Positions 15,439 to 24,177 of a stretch of DNA of 30,559 nucleotides are shown in pieces. A program made the position numbers and the translations under genes. The stretch spans positions 1 through 30,559 of the IMG/VR virus record IMGVR_UViG_3300031759_000908; one strand, given 5' to 3'. Positions within the stretch are counted from its first letter, which is position 1; every line of letters begins with the position of its first letter. This DNA is from a virus. Lineage: Duplodnaviria > Caudoviricetes. The notes below the pieces were generated by a model. That model was given only the letters and a program-made list of their open reading frames with translations. It ran no database searches and was not told the DNA's origin.

Positions 15439-15804
15439 ATGATTAAATTTATCAAGAAACTTTTATTTGGTACACCAACTGCACCAGCAAAAGTTGAAGC
15501 ACCTTATAAAGTTGAACCAGTATCAACAGCCGCTGACTTTGTAGTAGCCTCTGCTACAAGTAATGTACCTAATGTTACTGCATCAGCACCAACAGCTACG
15601 TACATTCCGCCAGCTAAACCAGCTAACCGCAAGGTTCGTGCTGTTACTGAACCAGTTAAGGAAGGTAACACCAAAGGTGGCAATGGTATTGTTAAAAAAC
15701 AAACACCAACTGCAAAACCACCAGCACCACCAGCACCAAGTGCTACAAAGCCTGCAGGTAAATCACGCAAACCATACCGTGGTAAACCTAAAGCTAAGAA
15801 GTAA
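15439..15804 (+). CDS. Pro/Ala/Lys-rich low-complexity protein with amphipathic N-terminus (MIKFIKKLLFG)
   Basis: AAGGAG SD, TAAATA at 15413-15418, terminator directly after; start moved from the TTG at 15376 to the ATG at 15439. Confidence 0.8.
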   Translation: MIKFIKKLLFGTPTAPAKVEAPYKVEPVSTAADFVVASATSNVPNVTASAPTATYIPPAKPANRKVRAVTEPVKEGNTKGGNGIVKKQTPTAKPPAPPAPSATKPAGKSRKPYRGKPKAKK

Positions 15805-15806
15805 AG

Positions 15807-15831
15807 AAAAAGCCCCGGAAGGGGCTTTTTT
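15807..15831. terminator. bidirectional intrinsic terminator between convergent genes
   Basis: AAAAAGCCCC-GGAA-GGGGCTTTTTT. Confidence 0.88.
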
Positions 15832-15858
15832 GTGACTACGGGTTGTGTTACTAGTCTA

Positions 15859-16449
15859 TTACTTGAATGAGTATGTGTAGTTAACACCAACTGTATCGTA
15901 TGTGCTATCACCACGTTCCATAGCATACTTAATACCTACAGCATGTTCTGGAGTAATTGCGTATTTTGCACCAATTGAAGTTTCCCAAGTTTTGTAACCA
16001 TAACCTGTATGGCCATCTAGGTTTTCATTGAATGGTGTACGTAGACGTTCTTGAACAAACGCAGTTAGGCCAGGCATAACTGTGTATTTTGCGCCTACAT
16101 CAGCACGGTAGTAGATAAAGTTTGTAGTTGATTTATCTTTCTCACCAACTGCTAGCCCTGCGTATGGAGTAACACCATACCATGTGCCAATATCCTTAAC
16201 TGCACCAATCTGTACTAGACCTTCGTGTGCGCCACCGTTAACAGTTTCATCTTCCATACGACCTTCAACTTTCCAGCCGTTGCCATAGTCATGGCCTAGT
16301 GTAATACCATAAACTGTATGGTTGTTTGTTGAATTAACTTTGTCTTTAAAGTCAATTGATGGACTAGCATAGTTATATGCTCCGTCAGCAAATGCTGATA
16401 CTGATACAAACAATCCTGCTAATAGTGTTGCTAATAAAGTTTTTTTCAT
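15859..16449 (-). CDS. outer-membrane beta-barrel protein with signal peptide
   Basis: MKKTLLATLLAGLFVSVSAFA signal peptide, alternating amphipathic strands (TPYAGLAVG, IGAKY), aromatic C-terminus VNYTYSFK; start at 16449. Confidence 0.85.
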   Translation of the reverse strand: MKKTLLATLLAGLFVSVSAFADGAYNYASPSIDFKDKVNSTNNHTVYGITLGHDYGNGWKVEGRMEDETVNGGAHEGLVQIGAVKDIGTWYGVTPYAGLAVGEKDKSTTNFIYYRADVGAKYTVMPGLTAFVQERLRTPFNENLDGHTGYGYKTWETSIGAKYAITPEHAVGIKYAMERGDSTYDTVGVNYTYSFK

Positions 16450-16556
16450 TACTCTTTCCTCTTGGTTAATTTGTTGCATAAAAGCCACAAAATAAAATTT
16501 TGTTGCCTTTTAGCCACGTTTTTATTTAGTCTTTTTAGTGTTGCAGATATATTACA

Positions 16557-17843
16557 TTAGTACCTGTATGTTTCTGGTTTGTAAGGACCATCAATACCAA
16601 CACTGATATAATCAGCCTGCTCATCTGTTAAAGTAGTTAGTTTAGCACCAATCTTATCTAAATGCAACCTTGCTACCTTTTCATCTAGATGTTTTGGTAA
16701 AAGATATAACTGACCAATTTCATAATTGGTATAGTTAGTGTACATTTCAACTTGTGCTAATACTTGATTAGTAAAGCTGTTTGACATAACATAACTAGGA
16801 TGTCCTGTAGCACAGCCCAAGTTTACTAGTCGACCTTTAGCTAAAATAATCAACTTGTGTCCACCTGGCATTGTAACGTGATCAACCTGTGGTTTGATTT
16901 CATCCCACTCACAGTCTTTAAGACTAGCAATGTCAATCTCGCTGTCAAAATGTCCAATGTTACAGATAATAGCATTGTTCTTCATACGTTCCATGTGTTC
17001 GTATGTAATAACATCAATATTACCTGTGGCTGTTACAAAGATATCTGCTTCACTGGCCGCTTCATCCATGGTAACCACACGATAGCCTTCCATAGCCGCT
17101 TGTAGGGCACAGATTGGATCAATCTCAGTTACCCAAACCTGTGCTGATAATGCACGAAGTGCGGCTGCTGATCCTTTGCCCACATCGCCAAAGCCCGCTA
17201 CTACTGCGATCTTACCTGCAATCATCACATCGGTAGCACGTTTGATACCATCTACTAATGACTCACGGCAACCATATAAGTTATCAAACTTACTTTTAGT
17301 TACGCTGTCGTTAACGTTGATAGCACGTAGTTTAAAACTACCGTTGGCAATAGCTTCGTTGATCTTGTGAATACCTGTGGTTGTTTCTTCAGTAACACCA
17401 TAGATACCATCCAGTAGTTCAGGATAGTTAGTGTGAATATACCAAGTTAGGTCATGGCCATCATCTAAGATCATGTTAGGTACCCAACCCTCTTTGCCAC
17501 TAATAGTCTGCTCAATACACCACCAGTATTCGTCTTCTGTTTCACCTTTCCAAGCGTAGACAGGAATACCCTGTTCAGCTAAGGCTGCTGCCGCATGGTC
17601 TTGTGTGCTAAAGATGTTACAACTTGACCAACGCACTTCTGCGCCTAAGGCCACTAGTGTTTGTACTAAGACTGCTGTCTGTATAGTCATATGTAATGAC
17701 CCAACAATACGTGCGCCCTTTAGTGGTTGCTGATAGTACAGCTCATCTTTGATTGCCATTAGACCTGGCATTTCTGTTTCAGCAATAGCTATTTCTTTGT
17801 GGCCCCACGCGGCCAAACTAATATCTTTTACTTTATAATCCAT
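16557..17843 (-). CDS. ahcY: S-adenosylhomocysteine hydrolase
   Basis: [65 protein letters not shown]. Confidence 0.97.
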   Translation of the reverse strand: MDYKVKDISLAAWGHKEIAIAETEMPGLMAIKDELYYQQPLKGARIVGSLHMTIQTAVLVQTLVALGAEVRWSSCNIFSTQDHAAAALAEQGIPVYAWKGETEDEYWWCIEQTISGKEGWVPNMILDDGHDLTWYIHTNYPELLDGIYGVTEETTTGIHKINEAIANGSFKLRAINVNDSVTKSKFDNLYGCRESLVDGIKRATDVMIAGKIAVVAGFGDVGKGSAAALRALSAQVWVTEIDPICALQAAMEGYRVVTMDEAASEADIFVTATGNIDVITYEHMERMKNNAIICNIGHFDSEIDIASLKDCEWDEIKPQVDHVTMPGGHKLIILAKGRLVNLGCATGHPSYVMSNSFTNQVLAQVEMYTNYTNYEIGQLYLLPKHLDEKVARLHLDKIGAKLTTLTDEQADYISVGIDGPYKPETYRY

Positions 17844-18052
17844 TATTCACCTGTCGTTGGTTGTTGTGGACGATTGCCACCTTTTTGTGCTGTTGCTGGG
17901 TCGCTGAACTTGCGATTTTTACTTGCTACAAACGTAGCCTGTGCATCAATCATTGCCCGTTTAAAAACATTACGTGCTATTGGGTCTAAAATGTTGCCAA
18001 GTTTGATCTTGTTCATTTTACCAAATTTAAATGTTGAGTTAGTCTTTGCCAT
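17843..18052 (-). CDS. basic 69-aa hypothetical protein
   Basis: AAGGAG SD; stop overlaps the ahcY start. Confidence 0.75.
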   Translation of the reverse strand: MAKTNSTFKFGKMNKIKLGNILDPIARNVFKRAMIDAQATFVASKNRKFSDPATAQKGGNRPQQPTTGE

Positions 18053-18068
18053 AGTTGATTCTCCTTGA

Positions 18069-18866
18069 TTAAGTTAGTAGATCTTTTGCGCCGTGCTCTT
18101 TTAGCCATTTACCTGTTTGTTTACGAAAATGGTCTTGAAACAGTTTACTTTGTGGGGTTGATTTAATTTTTTCTTTTAATTTTTCAATTTCTGATTTATA
18201 ATTTTTTTCAAAATATTCATACGATCCAAAATCAGCACTACCGTTCCAAAGTTCCAATACCATTTGTTTAGTATTGTATTTTTCTTCCATAGAAGCCAGT
18301 TTTAAACACCCCAACTTAGTATTAATTTCATTAAGATATTTTACGTGACGGGTGTCATCACCTAGCATTTTTTTAAATAATTTTTGTTTATCAGTGTTGG
18401 TAGTAAACTTATACCAACTGTTTATCGATGATGTAGCAACAATTTCTAATATGTACATGTGAGCTGGAATAAATTTAGCTTCATGGGTTAATTTAGTTAT
18501 ATACTCTATTTTTGGTTCTTCTCCAAATGCTTTTTTATAAAAATAATAAGCTATTGATGTATGAGCACATTCTTCGTCCATCATCTCTGCTATGTATTTT
18601 TGAGATAGATCATCTGCAAATATTGGATTTTTTTGTAAAAGAGCATATATCTGAAATACCATGTATTCAGCATTTACCCATTTGGTTATCAACCATTTAT
18701 AATAGTCGATACTAATTTTTTTAAATGTTACTTCTGTGACTCTTGTTTTTAATTCTGCGATTGCTGTAACATCGCCCAATTGAAAAGGATCTACGGGATC
18801 TATCTCTAGGTCTAGTTTAACTAGATTTTTAATTGAATCAAAATAAGCTGGTGTGGAAACATTCAT
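18069..18866 (-). CDS. ferritin-like (di-iron carboxylate) protein
   Basis: Spaced E...ExxH...E...DxxH ligand pattern (NAEY, DEECAH, LEIVA, DDTRH); helical; visibly AT-rich. Confidence 0.6.
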   Translation of the reverse strand: MNVSTPAYFDSIKNLVKLDLEIDPVDPFQLGDVTAIAELKTRVTEVTFKKISIDYYKWLITKWVNAEYMVFQIYALLQKNPIFADDLSQKYIAEMMDEECAHTSIAYYFYKKAFGEEPKIEYITKLTHEAKFIPAHMYILEIVATSSINSWYKFTTNTDKQKLFKKMLGDDTRHVKYLNEINTKLGCLKLASMEEKYNTKQMVLELWNGSADFGSYEYFEKNYKSEIEKLKEKIKSTPQSKLFQDHFRKQTGKWLKEHGAKDLLT

Positions 18867-18871
18867 AGTTA

Positions 18872-18900
18872 ATTATAACAGGAAGTTATCTAAAGGTCAA
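18872..18900 (-). promoter_or_regulatory. sigma70 promoter likely giving a leaderless mRNA
   Basis: TTGACC-17 nt-TATAAT, only 5 nt before the ATG at 18866; no SD. Confidence 0.75.
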
Positions 18901-19848
18901 CTATTTAATAAGGACTTGCGGAGCCAACTCACGACTTTGTTTTGCACCAGCTCTACATAAAGAACCTTGGTTAGCTTTGCCCATATACATAGCAAATTCT
19001 TCCCCTGTTCTAACGTATTGATAGGTTCTTACACCTAGTGCTAGCATGCCGTCCCATTGGCCATGTGCTTTGTACACATCAAATACCTGAGCTTGCCATA
19101 CTTTTGCAAATTCAGGTGTGCCAAATGATGCTATTATTGCAGGTATTGGTTTACCAAACCAAGCTCTACAGGCAGCAGAGATAAAGTTCTTAGATAATTC
19201 TGGAACTGGAAATGGTTTATTACCATCTAATACAGAAAAACTACCTGCGCCAGGTACAGCTTTTGCAAGTATATCTAGCATTGGTTTCTGATGTATTGGT
19301 AAATCCCAAATTCTACCAGACTTACCTGCGGCACCTTTAGCACCTTTGACTTCTACTTTGACACTACCGCCTACTACAATGTCACCTGGTTTACCATAGG
19401 TAATATTTGGGCTTAACACAGACAGTGCGCCTTCACCAGGACCTGCGTCATTTTTACCAGCAAAATTAATATATAAGTTTGCAAATAATTTTGCCGCAAA
19501 TGGATCAGTTATTAAATTACCAATTGATTCAGGTTGAGGCATACTTTGTTTTGGTACTAGTGCATTTAAATTAACAAAATCTTCGCCGTTATTTAATTTA
19601 GTTAAAAATGCTTTAATTTCGTCAACATTTCCCAATTTTGGGATAACTGCATTTAAGTAGTCTTTGGCCTGCACTGCATCAGGGTCACCACGGTGTTGCA
19701 GATATTTTTCTAATCTAGTAGCAAGTGGACTACCTACAAGTAGTTTGTAGATATTAGCAAAAATAGGGTTTTGGTCATCAGTCTTAGACAGTGCTCTGAT
19801 AACTTTACTTTTGACCTGTTGGTCTTCAAAGAGTTCGCGTATTTTCAT
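18901..19848 (-). CDS. hypothetical protein with PD-(D/E)xK-like motif
   Basis: GPGE...PGDIVV...VEVKG; N-terminus MKIRELFE; TAAATA 7 nt before the ATG. Confidence 0.55.
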   Translation of the reverse strand: MKIRELFEDQQVKSKVIRALSKTDDQNPIFANIYKLLVGSPLATRLEKYLQHRGDPDAVQAKDYLNAVIPKLGNVDEIKAFLTKLNNGEDFVNLNALVPKQSMPQPESIGNLITDPFAAKLFANLYINFAGKNDAGPGEGALSVLSPNITYGKPGDIVVGGSVKVEVKGAKGAAGKSGRIWDLPIHQKPMLDILAKAVPGAGSFSVLDGNKPFPVPELSKNFISAACRAWFGKPIPAIIASFGTPEFAKVWQAQVFDVYKAHGQWDGMLALGVRTYQYVRTGEEFAMYMGKANQGSLCRAGAKQSRELAPQVLIK

Positions 19849-19858
19849 GATATAGTAT

Positions 19859-20599
19859 TTATCTATGTTCTATATCATCTTCGCCGCAATAATCTCCGTA
19901 CTGTATTTCTACTATCTTACAAGGTTGAGTGAATGGATTGTATAGCCTATGCCATTGTTCTGGTTCAACATGATAGTGATCATGATGCTGTAGGGTAAAC
20001 GTACGATCATCTAGTTCTACGTGGCACATACCGTAACTAACGTGCCAATGCTCAGCACGATTATAGTGTCGTTGCATGGTCAGGGTCTGTCCAGGTTCTA
20101 TGGTAAGTTCTTTTACTTTGGTACCGGGTACTTCATGTAGCACACGATAGTAACCCCAAGGACGTTCTGTTTTAGGTGCTTTATAATCTTCTAAAATCCA
20201 ACTGCTTGAATTCTTTTTAGTTTTACCGCCTACCCCAAATACAAAGTCTACACCAGTAACTGACATTTCAGGAATATTTTTAGCAGTACGATCACCGCCG
20301 TTGGCAAAGATGATCTTGCTGTTAGGATATGTTTGTTTGGTTTCTTCAATGATATCACAGGCAGTGTCGTCTGTATCATCAAAGGCAATAGCATAATCCA
20401 CAAACTTTAAGTTACTGACCACAGACTGACGTTCTTTAAACGGCATAAATGCGCGGCCTTTTTTACGTTCAAGCCAGCTGTCACTGTTGATACCAACGAT
20501 AAGAATATTGCCCAAGGCCTTGGCAGCTTTAAGATATTCTATGTGTCCTGAGTGTAGGGGATCAAATCCACCTGTGCATATTACTACACTGTTAATCAT
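19859..20599 (-). CDS. cytidylyltransferase-like (HIGH) domain fused to a mannose-6-P-isomerase-type cupin
   Basis: TGGFDPLHSGH, GINSD.WL.RKKG, FANGGDR, SSS; C-terminal ERPWGYY, MQRH..RAEHW, EIQYG...EDDI. Confidence 0.88.
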   Translation of the reverse strand: MINSVVICTGGFDPLHSGHIEYLKAAKALGNILIVGINSDSWLERKKGRAFMPFKERQSVVSNLKFVDYAIAFDDTDDTACDIIEETKQTYPNSKIIFANGGDRTAKNIPEMSVTGVDFVFGVGGKTKKNSSSWILEDYKAPKTERPWGYYRVLHEVPGTKVKELTIEPGQTLTMQRHYNRAEHWHVSYGMCHVELDDRTFTLQHHDHYHVEPEQWHRLYNPFTQPCKIVEIQYGDYCGEDDIEHR

Positions 20600-21497
20600 T
20601 TTTATAACTTTTCCTAGTTGGAGCCATTGGTTTAAGTACCTTTGTTTTTTTAGTCTTAGGTTTAGCTTGTTCTACGGTAGTTTCAGTAGATCTAGTAGTT
20701 TCGTTAAATACGCCAGTGACTGTTGGGGGTTCTGTAGGAGTCCACTCCATTTTTTGACTTACATAGTCAATAAAATATAATTCTTTATCTAACCATGGCA
20801 TACAAATTTCTTCTTGTTTAACATACCCATTGCTGTTTATTGAACTTTCAACAGTTGGATGCAATAGTTTTTTATCTACTAGATCAAACCAACTAGTAGT
20901 TGCTGGATCCATTGGAGCAACCGTTGATTTGTACACTGCTATGTTAATCCATGGATCTTGATGGCGTTTAAGTAGGTAAGCATCGCGGCAGTCAAACCCG
21001 TCGACGGCCAGCATATAGATTAAACTAACAGGATTATAATGGTAATAACAGCCATTGTAACTTCTGCTGTAGTATCTATCATATTCTATACCTGTGTGTG
21101 TCGGCACAGTTAACAGTAACATGCCATTAACCGTCATAGCATCATTCCAGCGGCGCAATGTCTCTAGAGGATTTGTACTGTATTGCAGGCTGTCGTGTGC
21201 CCACATTAAATCAATACTAACAGGAAATACATATTCTTCAGTGAAGTCTTGTTGTATTTTATTGATGTTTGGAAGATCAGGAACCTGGGCTAGTTTACCA
21301 GGATCGCGATCGACTGCAAAACAATTAAAATTGTAAGGCTCAGGAGGGTCGTCATAGTTTTCTAAGGTAGCCCACCAGGCGATATCTTCACCTGTGCCAC
21401 AGCCCATGTCAGCAACATTCTTAAGACTTTCTAAAAATGTATCATACTGACGTATGGTTTCTAGTATAGATAAACTGTGTCTATCCAATTGACGCAT
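20592..21497 (-). CDS. class I SAM-dependent methyltransferase
   Basis: VADMGCGTG motif I, AVD, DLMWAHDSLQY, GMLLLTVP. Confidence 0.8.
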   Translation of the reverse strand: MRQLDRHSLSILETIRQYDTFLESLKNVADMGCGTGEDIAWWATLENYDDPPEPYNFNCFAVDRDPGKLAQVPDLPNINKIQQDFTEEYVFPVSIDLMWAHDSLQYSTNPLETLRRWNDAMTVNGMLLLTVPTHTGIEYDRYYSRSYNGCYYHYNPVSLIYMLAVDGFDCRDAYLLKRHQDPWINIAVYKSTVAPMDPATTSWFDLVDKKLLHPTVESSINSNGYVKQEEICMPWLDKELYFIDYVSQKMEWTPTEPPTVTGVFNETTRSTETTVEQAKPKTKKTKVLKPMAPTRKSYKND

Positions 21498-21936
21498 CCT
21501 CCATGCCTGCTGTGCGCAAGCGGGTTACGTGGCCTAACATGAAGTTTTTACTTTCTAGGCCTTTCATAATACCTAACCACTTGTTACGTAACAATGCCAC
21601 TTCATTGATAATAGTTTCAAAGTCAATAACTTCATCTTCACCATCTACGTATTTTTCTGCGTCACGAGCAGTTAAAGCACGTGCATAGCCTTCAAGGTAT
21701 TTCTTAAAGTGAGTGGTGCGTATCTTACGTAGCTGTATATTGAGGTAGTTAAGCACCGCTTCAATCTCTTGTAGTTGATTAAAGCGATGTTCTGTTACTC
21801 CAGGTAAGCCAGCCAGATTCTTTTCTATGTTGCCATAGACTGCGACTTCGCGCCTAGCCTGTTCTAACTCTACTTCATAATGTTGTATAAAGTCAGGTAT
21901 TGCGCCCAAACTGGCTACTACTTTACTGTACCACAT
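21481..21936 (-). CDS. uvsY: UvsY-like recombination mediator
   Basis: Helical 151-aa protein with YLEGY.RAL..RDAEKYVDGE; near uvsX and gp32. Confidence 0.75.
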   Translation of the reverse strand: MWYSKVVASLGAIPDFIQHYEVELEQARREVAVYGNIEKNLAGLPGVTEHRFNQLQEIEAVLNYLNIQLRKIRTTHFKKYLEGYARALTARDAEKYVDGEDEVIDFETIINEVALLRNKWLGIMKGLESKNFMLGHVTRLRTAGMEDASIG

Positions 21937-22513
21937 TTTTATCTTTATAAGTGCAAAACTGTATTGCTTGTTTTGACTTAAATCCTTTACTAAAAAAATT
22001 ATCAGTATCGTGTAGTTGCAAACAAGGCCAACAAATCACACTACCAAATTTCCAATTATGTATCTTATATACTGCTAATTGATCTTGTATATTTCTATAC
22101 TCTGTCCCATACTCTGTAACAAATTTATCATATATTATAGTGTTGGCATTTTCAACTAACTTATCGTCATTGTCGACACTGACCGGAATTAGCATTGTCA
22201 TATATGGTGCTTGCGGATCTTCATACTCATTCTTAAAGTCAGGGTCTGAATGTATTCCGTATGAAGTTCCTATTTCTAAAAAACTGCAAGACCCTAAAAT
22301 TAAGTCTTCATCACCAACTAATTTTTTAAACTTTAAAAATAATAAATCGTGTAATACATCAAATTGATCACTGCCTTTTATTATTTTTTGAGCATAATTT
22401 CTTGGTTGTGTGTGTATTTTGCGTACTGTTTTAAGAATAGACAATGCCTGGTCTATTTCTGATTTAGAAAAGACGTCTAAAAACTGGTTAGTTTCTACTA
22501 ACTTAGTAGTCAT
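21923..22513 (-). CDS. 2OG-Fe(II) oxygenase-like hypothetical protein
   Basis: GIHSD (HxD), GSVICW...LHDTD, KQAIQF; start probably MTTKLVE at 22513; AT-rich. Confidence 0.5.
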   Translation of the reverse strand: MTTKLVETNQFLDVFSKSEIDQALSILKTVRKIHTQPRNYAQKIIKGSDQFDVLHDLLFLKFKKLVGDEDLILGSCSFLEIGTSYGIHSDPDFKNEYEDPQAPYMTMLIPVSVDNDDKLVENANTIIYDKFVTEYGTEYRNIQDQLAVYKIHNWKFGSVICWPCLQLHDTDNFFSKGFKSKQAIQFCTYKDKNVVQ

Positions 22514-22748
22514 CGTCCTCATCTTCATCGTAGTCTGGTTCATCGTCCTCATCTTCACCTAGATATTCTTGTAGGCTGCGTTTGAGATAGCTGTCAGTCG
22601 CACCAAATGCTTTTAAATCGCGCTCTACGATGTTGTGATCTGCGACAACAGCCAATACGTGATCAGCTGCTGCTTGTCGATCTTTGGGAGCGATATATTC
22701 TTTGGTAGTTAACCAAATCTCACTTAATACATCTAGTTCTACACTCAT
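22503..22748 (-). CDS. hypothetical protein with acidic tail
   Basis: 81 aa, AAGGA SD, D/E-rich C-terminus. Confidence 0.8.
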   Translation of the reverse strand: MSVELDVLSEIWLTTKEYIAPKDRQAAADHVLAVVADHNIVERDLKAFGATDSYLKRSLQEYLGEDEDDEPDYDEDEDDDY

Positions 22749-22757
22749 AATAAATCC

Positions 22758-23012
22758 TTATAGATCTGCCACTAGAACCATTTTGGATTTTGGATATTCA
22801 GCTAATGGTTCTGGCAATATATAAAATTCATAGTTAGATGGATATACAATAACAGCATTGTCTGGAAACTTTTCAGTCATTTGTTCGTGAATATCATTCA
22901 TATATTCACCGGCTGCTTCTTTAGTCATCTCACTAGTGTCAACTTTGATTAGAACCTTGTCACCTTTATTAAGTGTAGGAAAAATCGTTGGGGTTACTTC
23001 TGTAATATTCAT
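22758..23012 (-). CDS. hypothetical protein
   Basis: 84 aa; ATGA overlap with the uvsX stop. Confidence 0.7.
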   Translation of the reverse strand: MNITEVTPTIFPTLNKGDKVLIKVDTSEMTKEAAGEYMNDIHEQMTEKFPDNAVIVYPSNYEFYILPEPLAEYPKSKMVLVADL

Positions 23013-24124
23013 TCTTCGTCTCCTTGTAATACTGGTTCGTTGACTGATGCAATCTCAAGATCACTATCATCAACGTCAGTAGTTTCAGTACTTAGCAATA
23101 GATTAGCATTACCTGAAATTTCTGCCATAACTCGGTCCAGGCATCCATCTTCGTTCTTTTCCCATGCTTTACGGAATTTCTTAATGATAGAACCATCAGC
23201 AAACTTATAAACCAGACTATTACCTTCTTTAGTTAATAGACCCTTGCCTTCTAACATATCTACCATACCACTGTAAGGACTCATACCAGTTTCATACGGA
23301 ATCTCTACTTGTACACTTTCAAAAGGTTTAGCATAACGTGTTTTCATAATCTTACAAGCAGCACGAATACCGTGTACTTCGCTGGTCTTATTACCATCAG
23401 CGTCTGTTTTAAGTTTAAGTTTACGCATAGCTACAACAATACTTGAAGCATAGATAAAGCCTTGACCACCTGAAATCTTATCATCTGGGTCAAACATATC
23501 CTGACTTGCGTATGTGTGATTAGTTGCTACTAGGCCTAGGTTTAATGTACCAAACATGTTTACACAGTTGCGAACAAGTGCTGTAAGTGCTTTAGGTTTA
23601 CGACCCATATCACCTTTCATTTCACCTGCTTCAAACTGATTAACGTCTGTTGGAGTTAACATCATACCTAGCGAATCAAGTACAAACAGGACCTTAGGAC
23701 GATCTGCTTCGTCAAGTGTGCGATACTCTTTAACAAAGTCGCTAATAACCTTGGCTACATCGTCAATCATAGCCATGTTCAGTTTTAGCAATTTTTCCTC
23801 TGAAGTGTCTACTCCTAACGCATGTAACCAAGCCTCATCAAGTGCGTTTTCTGTATCAATTAAGATTACATAAATGCCTTGCTCTTGTGCGTGACGGATA
23901 ATGTTACCTGAACAGATAAATGATTTACCTGCGCCAGATTCACCAGCAAACACAGTTACCTTACCTAAGGGAATACCTTTGTTAAAGTCACCGCTTAATA
24001 GATAATTTAATGTGTAGTTGCCTGTTGAGATCCAATCCGTTGGATCATTAAAGCCAATGCCCATACCTGGGATAGCTTTGGTAATACTCTTTCTGAATTT
24101 ACTAATGTCGTATGGTTTTGCCAT
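23009..24124 (-). CDS. uvsX: UvsX/RecA-like recombinase
   Basis: GESGAGKS Walker A, IDTENA, FVLDSLG Walker B, NHTY, SGG.G..YASS. Confidence 0.92.
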   Translation of the reverse strand: MAKPYDISKFRKSITKAIPGMGIGFNDPTDWISTGNYTLNYLLSGDFNKGIPLGKVTVFAGESGAGKSFICSGNIIRHAQEQGIYVILIDTENALDEAWLHALGVDTSEEKLLKLNMAMIDDVAKVISDFVKEYRTLDEADRPKVLFVLDSLGMMLTPTDVNQFEAGEMKGDMGRKPKALTALVRNCVNMFGTLNLGLVATNHTYASQDMFDPDDKISGGQGFIYASSIVVAMRKLKLKTDADGNKTSEVHGIRAACKIMKTRYAKPFESVQVEIPYETGMSPYSGMVDMLEGKGLLTKEGNSLVYKFADGSIIKKFRKAWEKNEDGCLDRVMAEISGNANLLLSTETTDVDDSDLEIASVNEPVLQGDEE

Positions 24125-24142
24125 GTTGAGTTATCCTTTAAT

Positions 24143-24167
24143 TGAAATAGGGGGCATCGCTGCCCCC
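24143..24167 (-). terminator. GC-rich hairpin/terminator between the SSB gene and uvsX
   Basis: GGGGGCA-GCGA-TGCCCCC followed by TATTTC (weak U tract). Confidence 0.6.
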
Positions 24168-24177
24168 ATGCGCTATC

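Noticed and set aside
15504-15926. 140-aa minus-strand and 90-aa plus-strand alternative ORFs
   Set aside because: Shadow frames of the low-complexity Pro/Ala/Lys gene; they run through the terminator.
952-17843. Bacterial chromosomal origin (O-antigen locus plus housekeeping genes) or chimeric contig
   Set aside because: The same TAAATA promoter motif and compact gene style run through both the metabolic and the terL/uvsX regions; chimerism cannot be fully excluded without reads.
17843-18068. SAH or SAM riboswitch upstream of ahcY
   Set aside because: The upstream region is occupied by a coupled CDS, leaving no leader.
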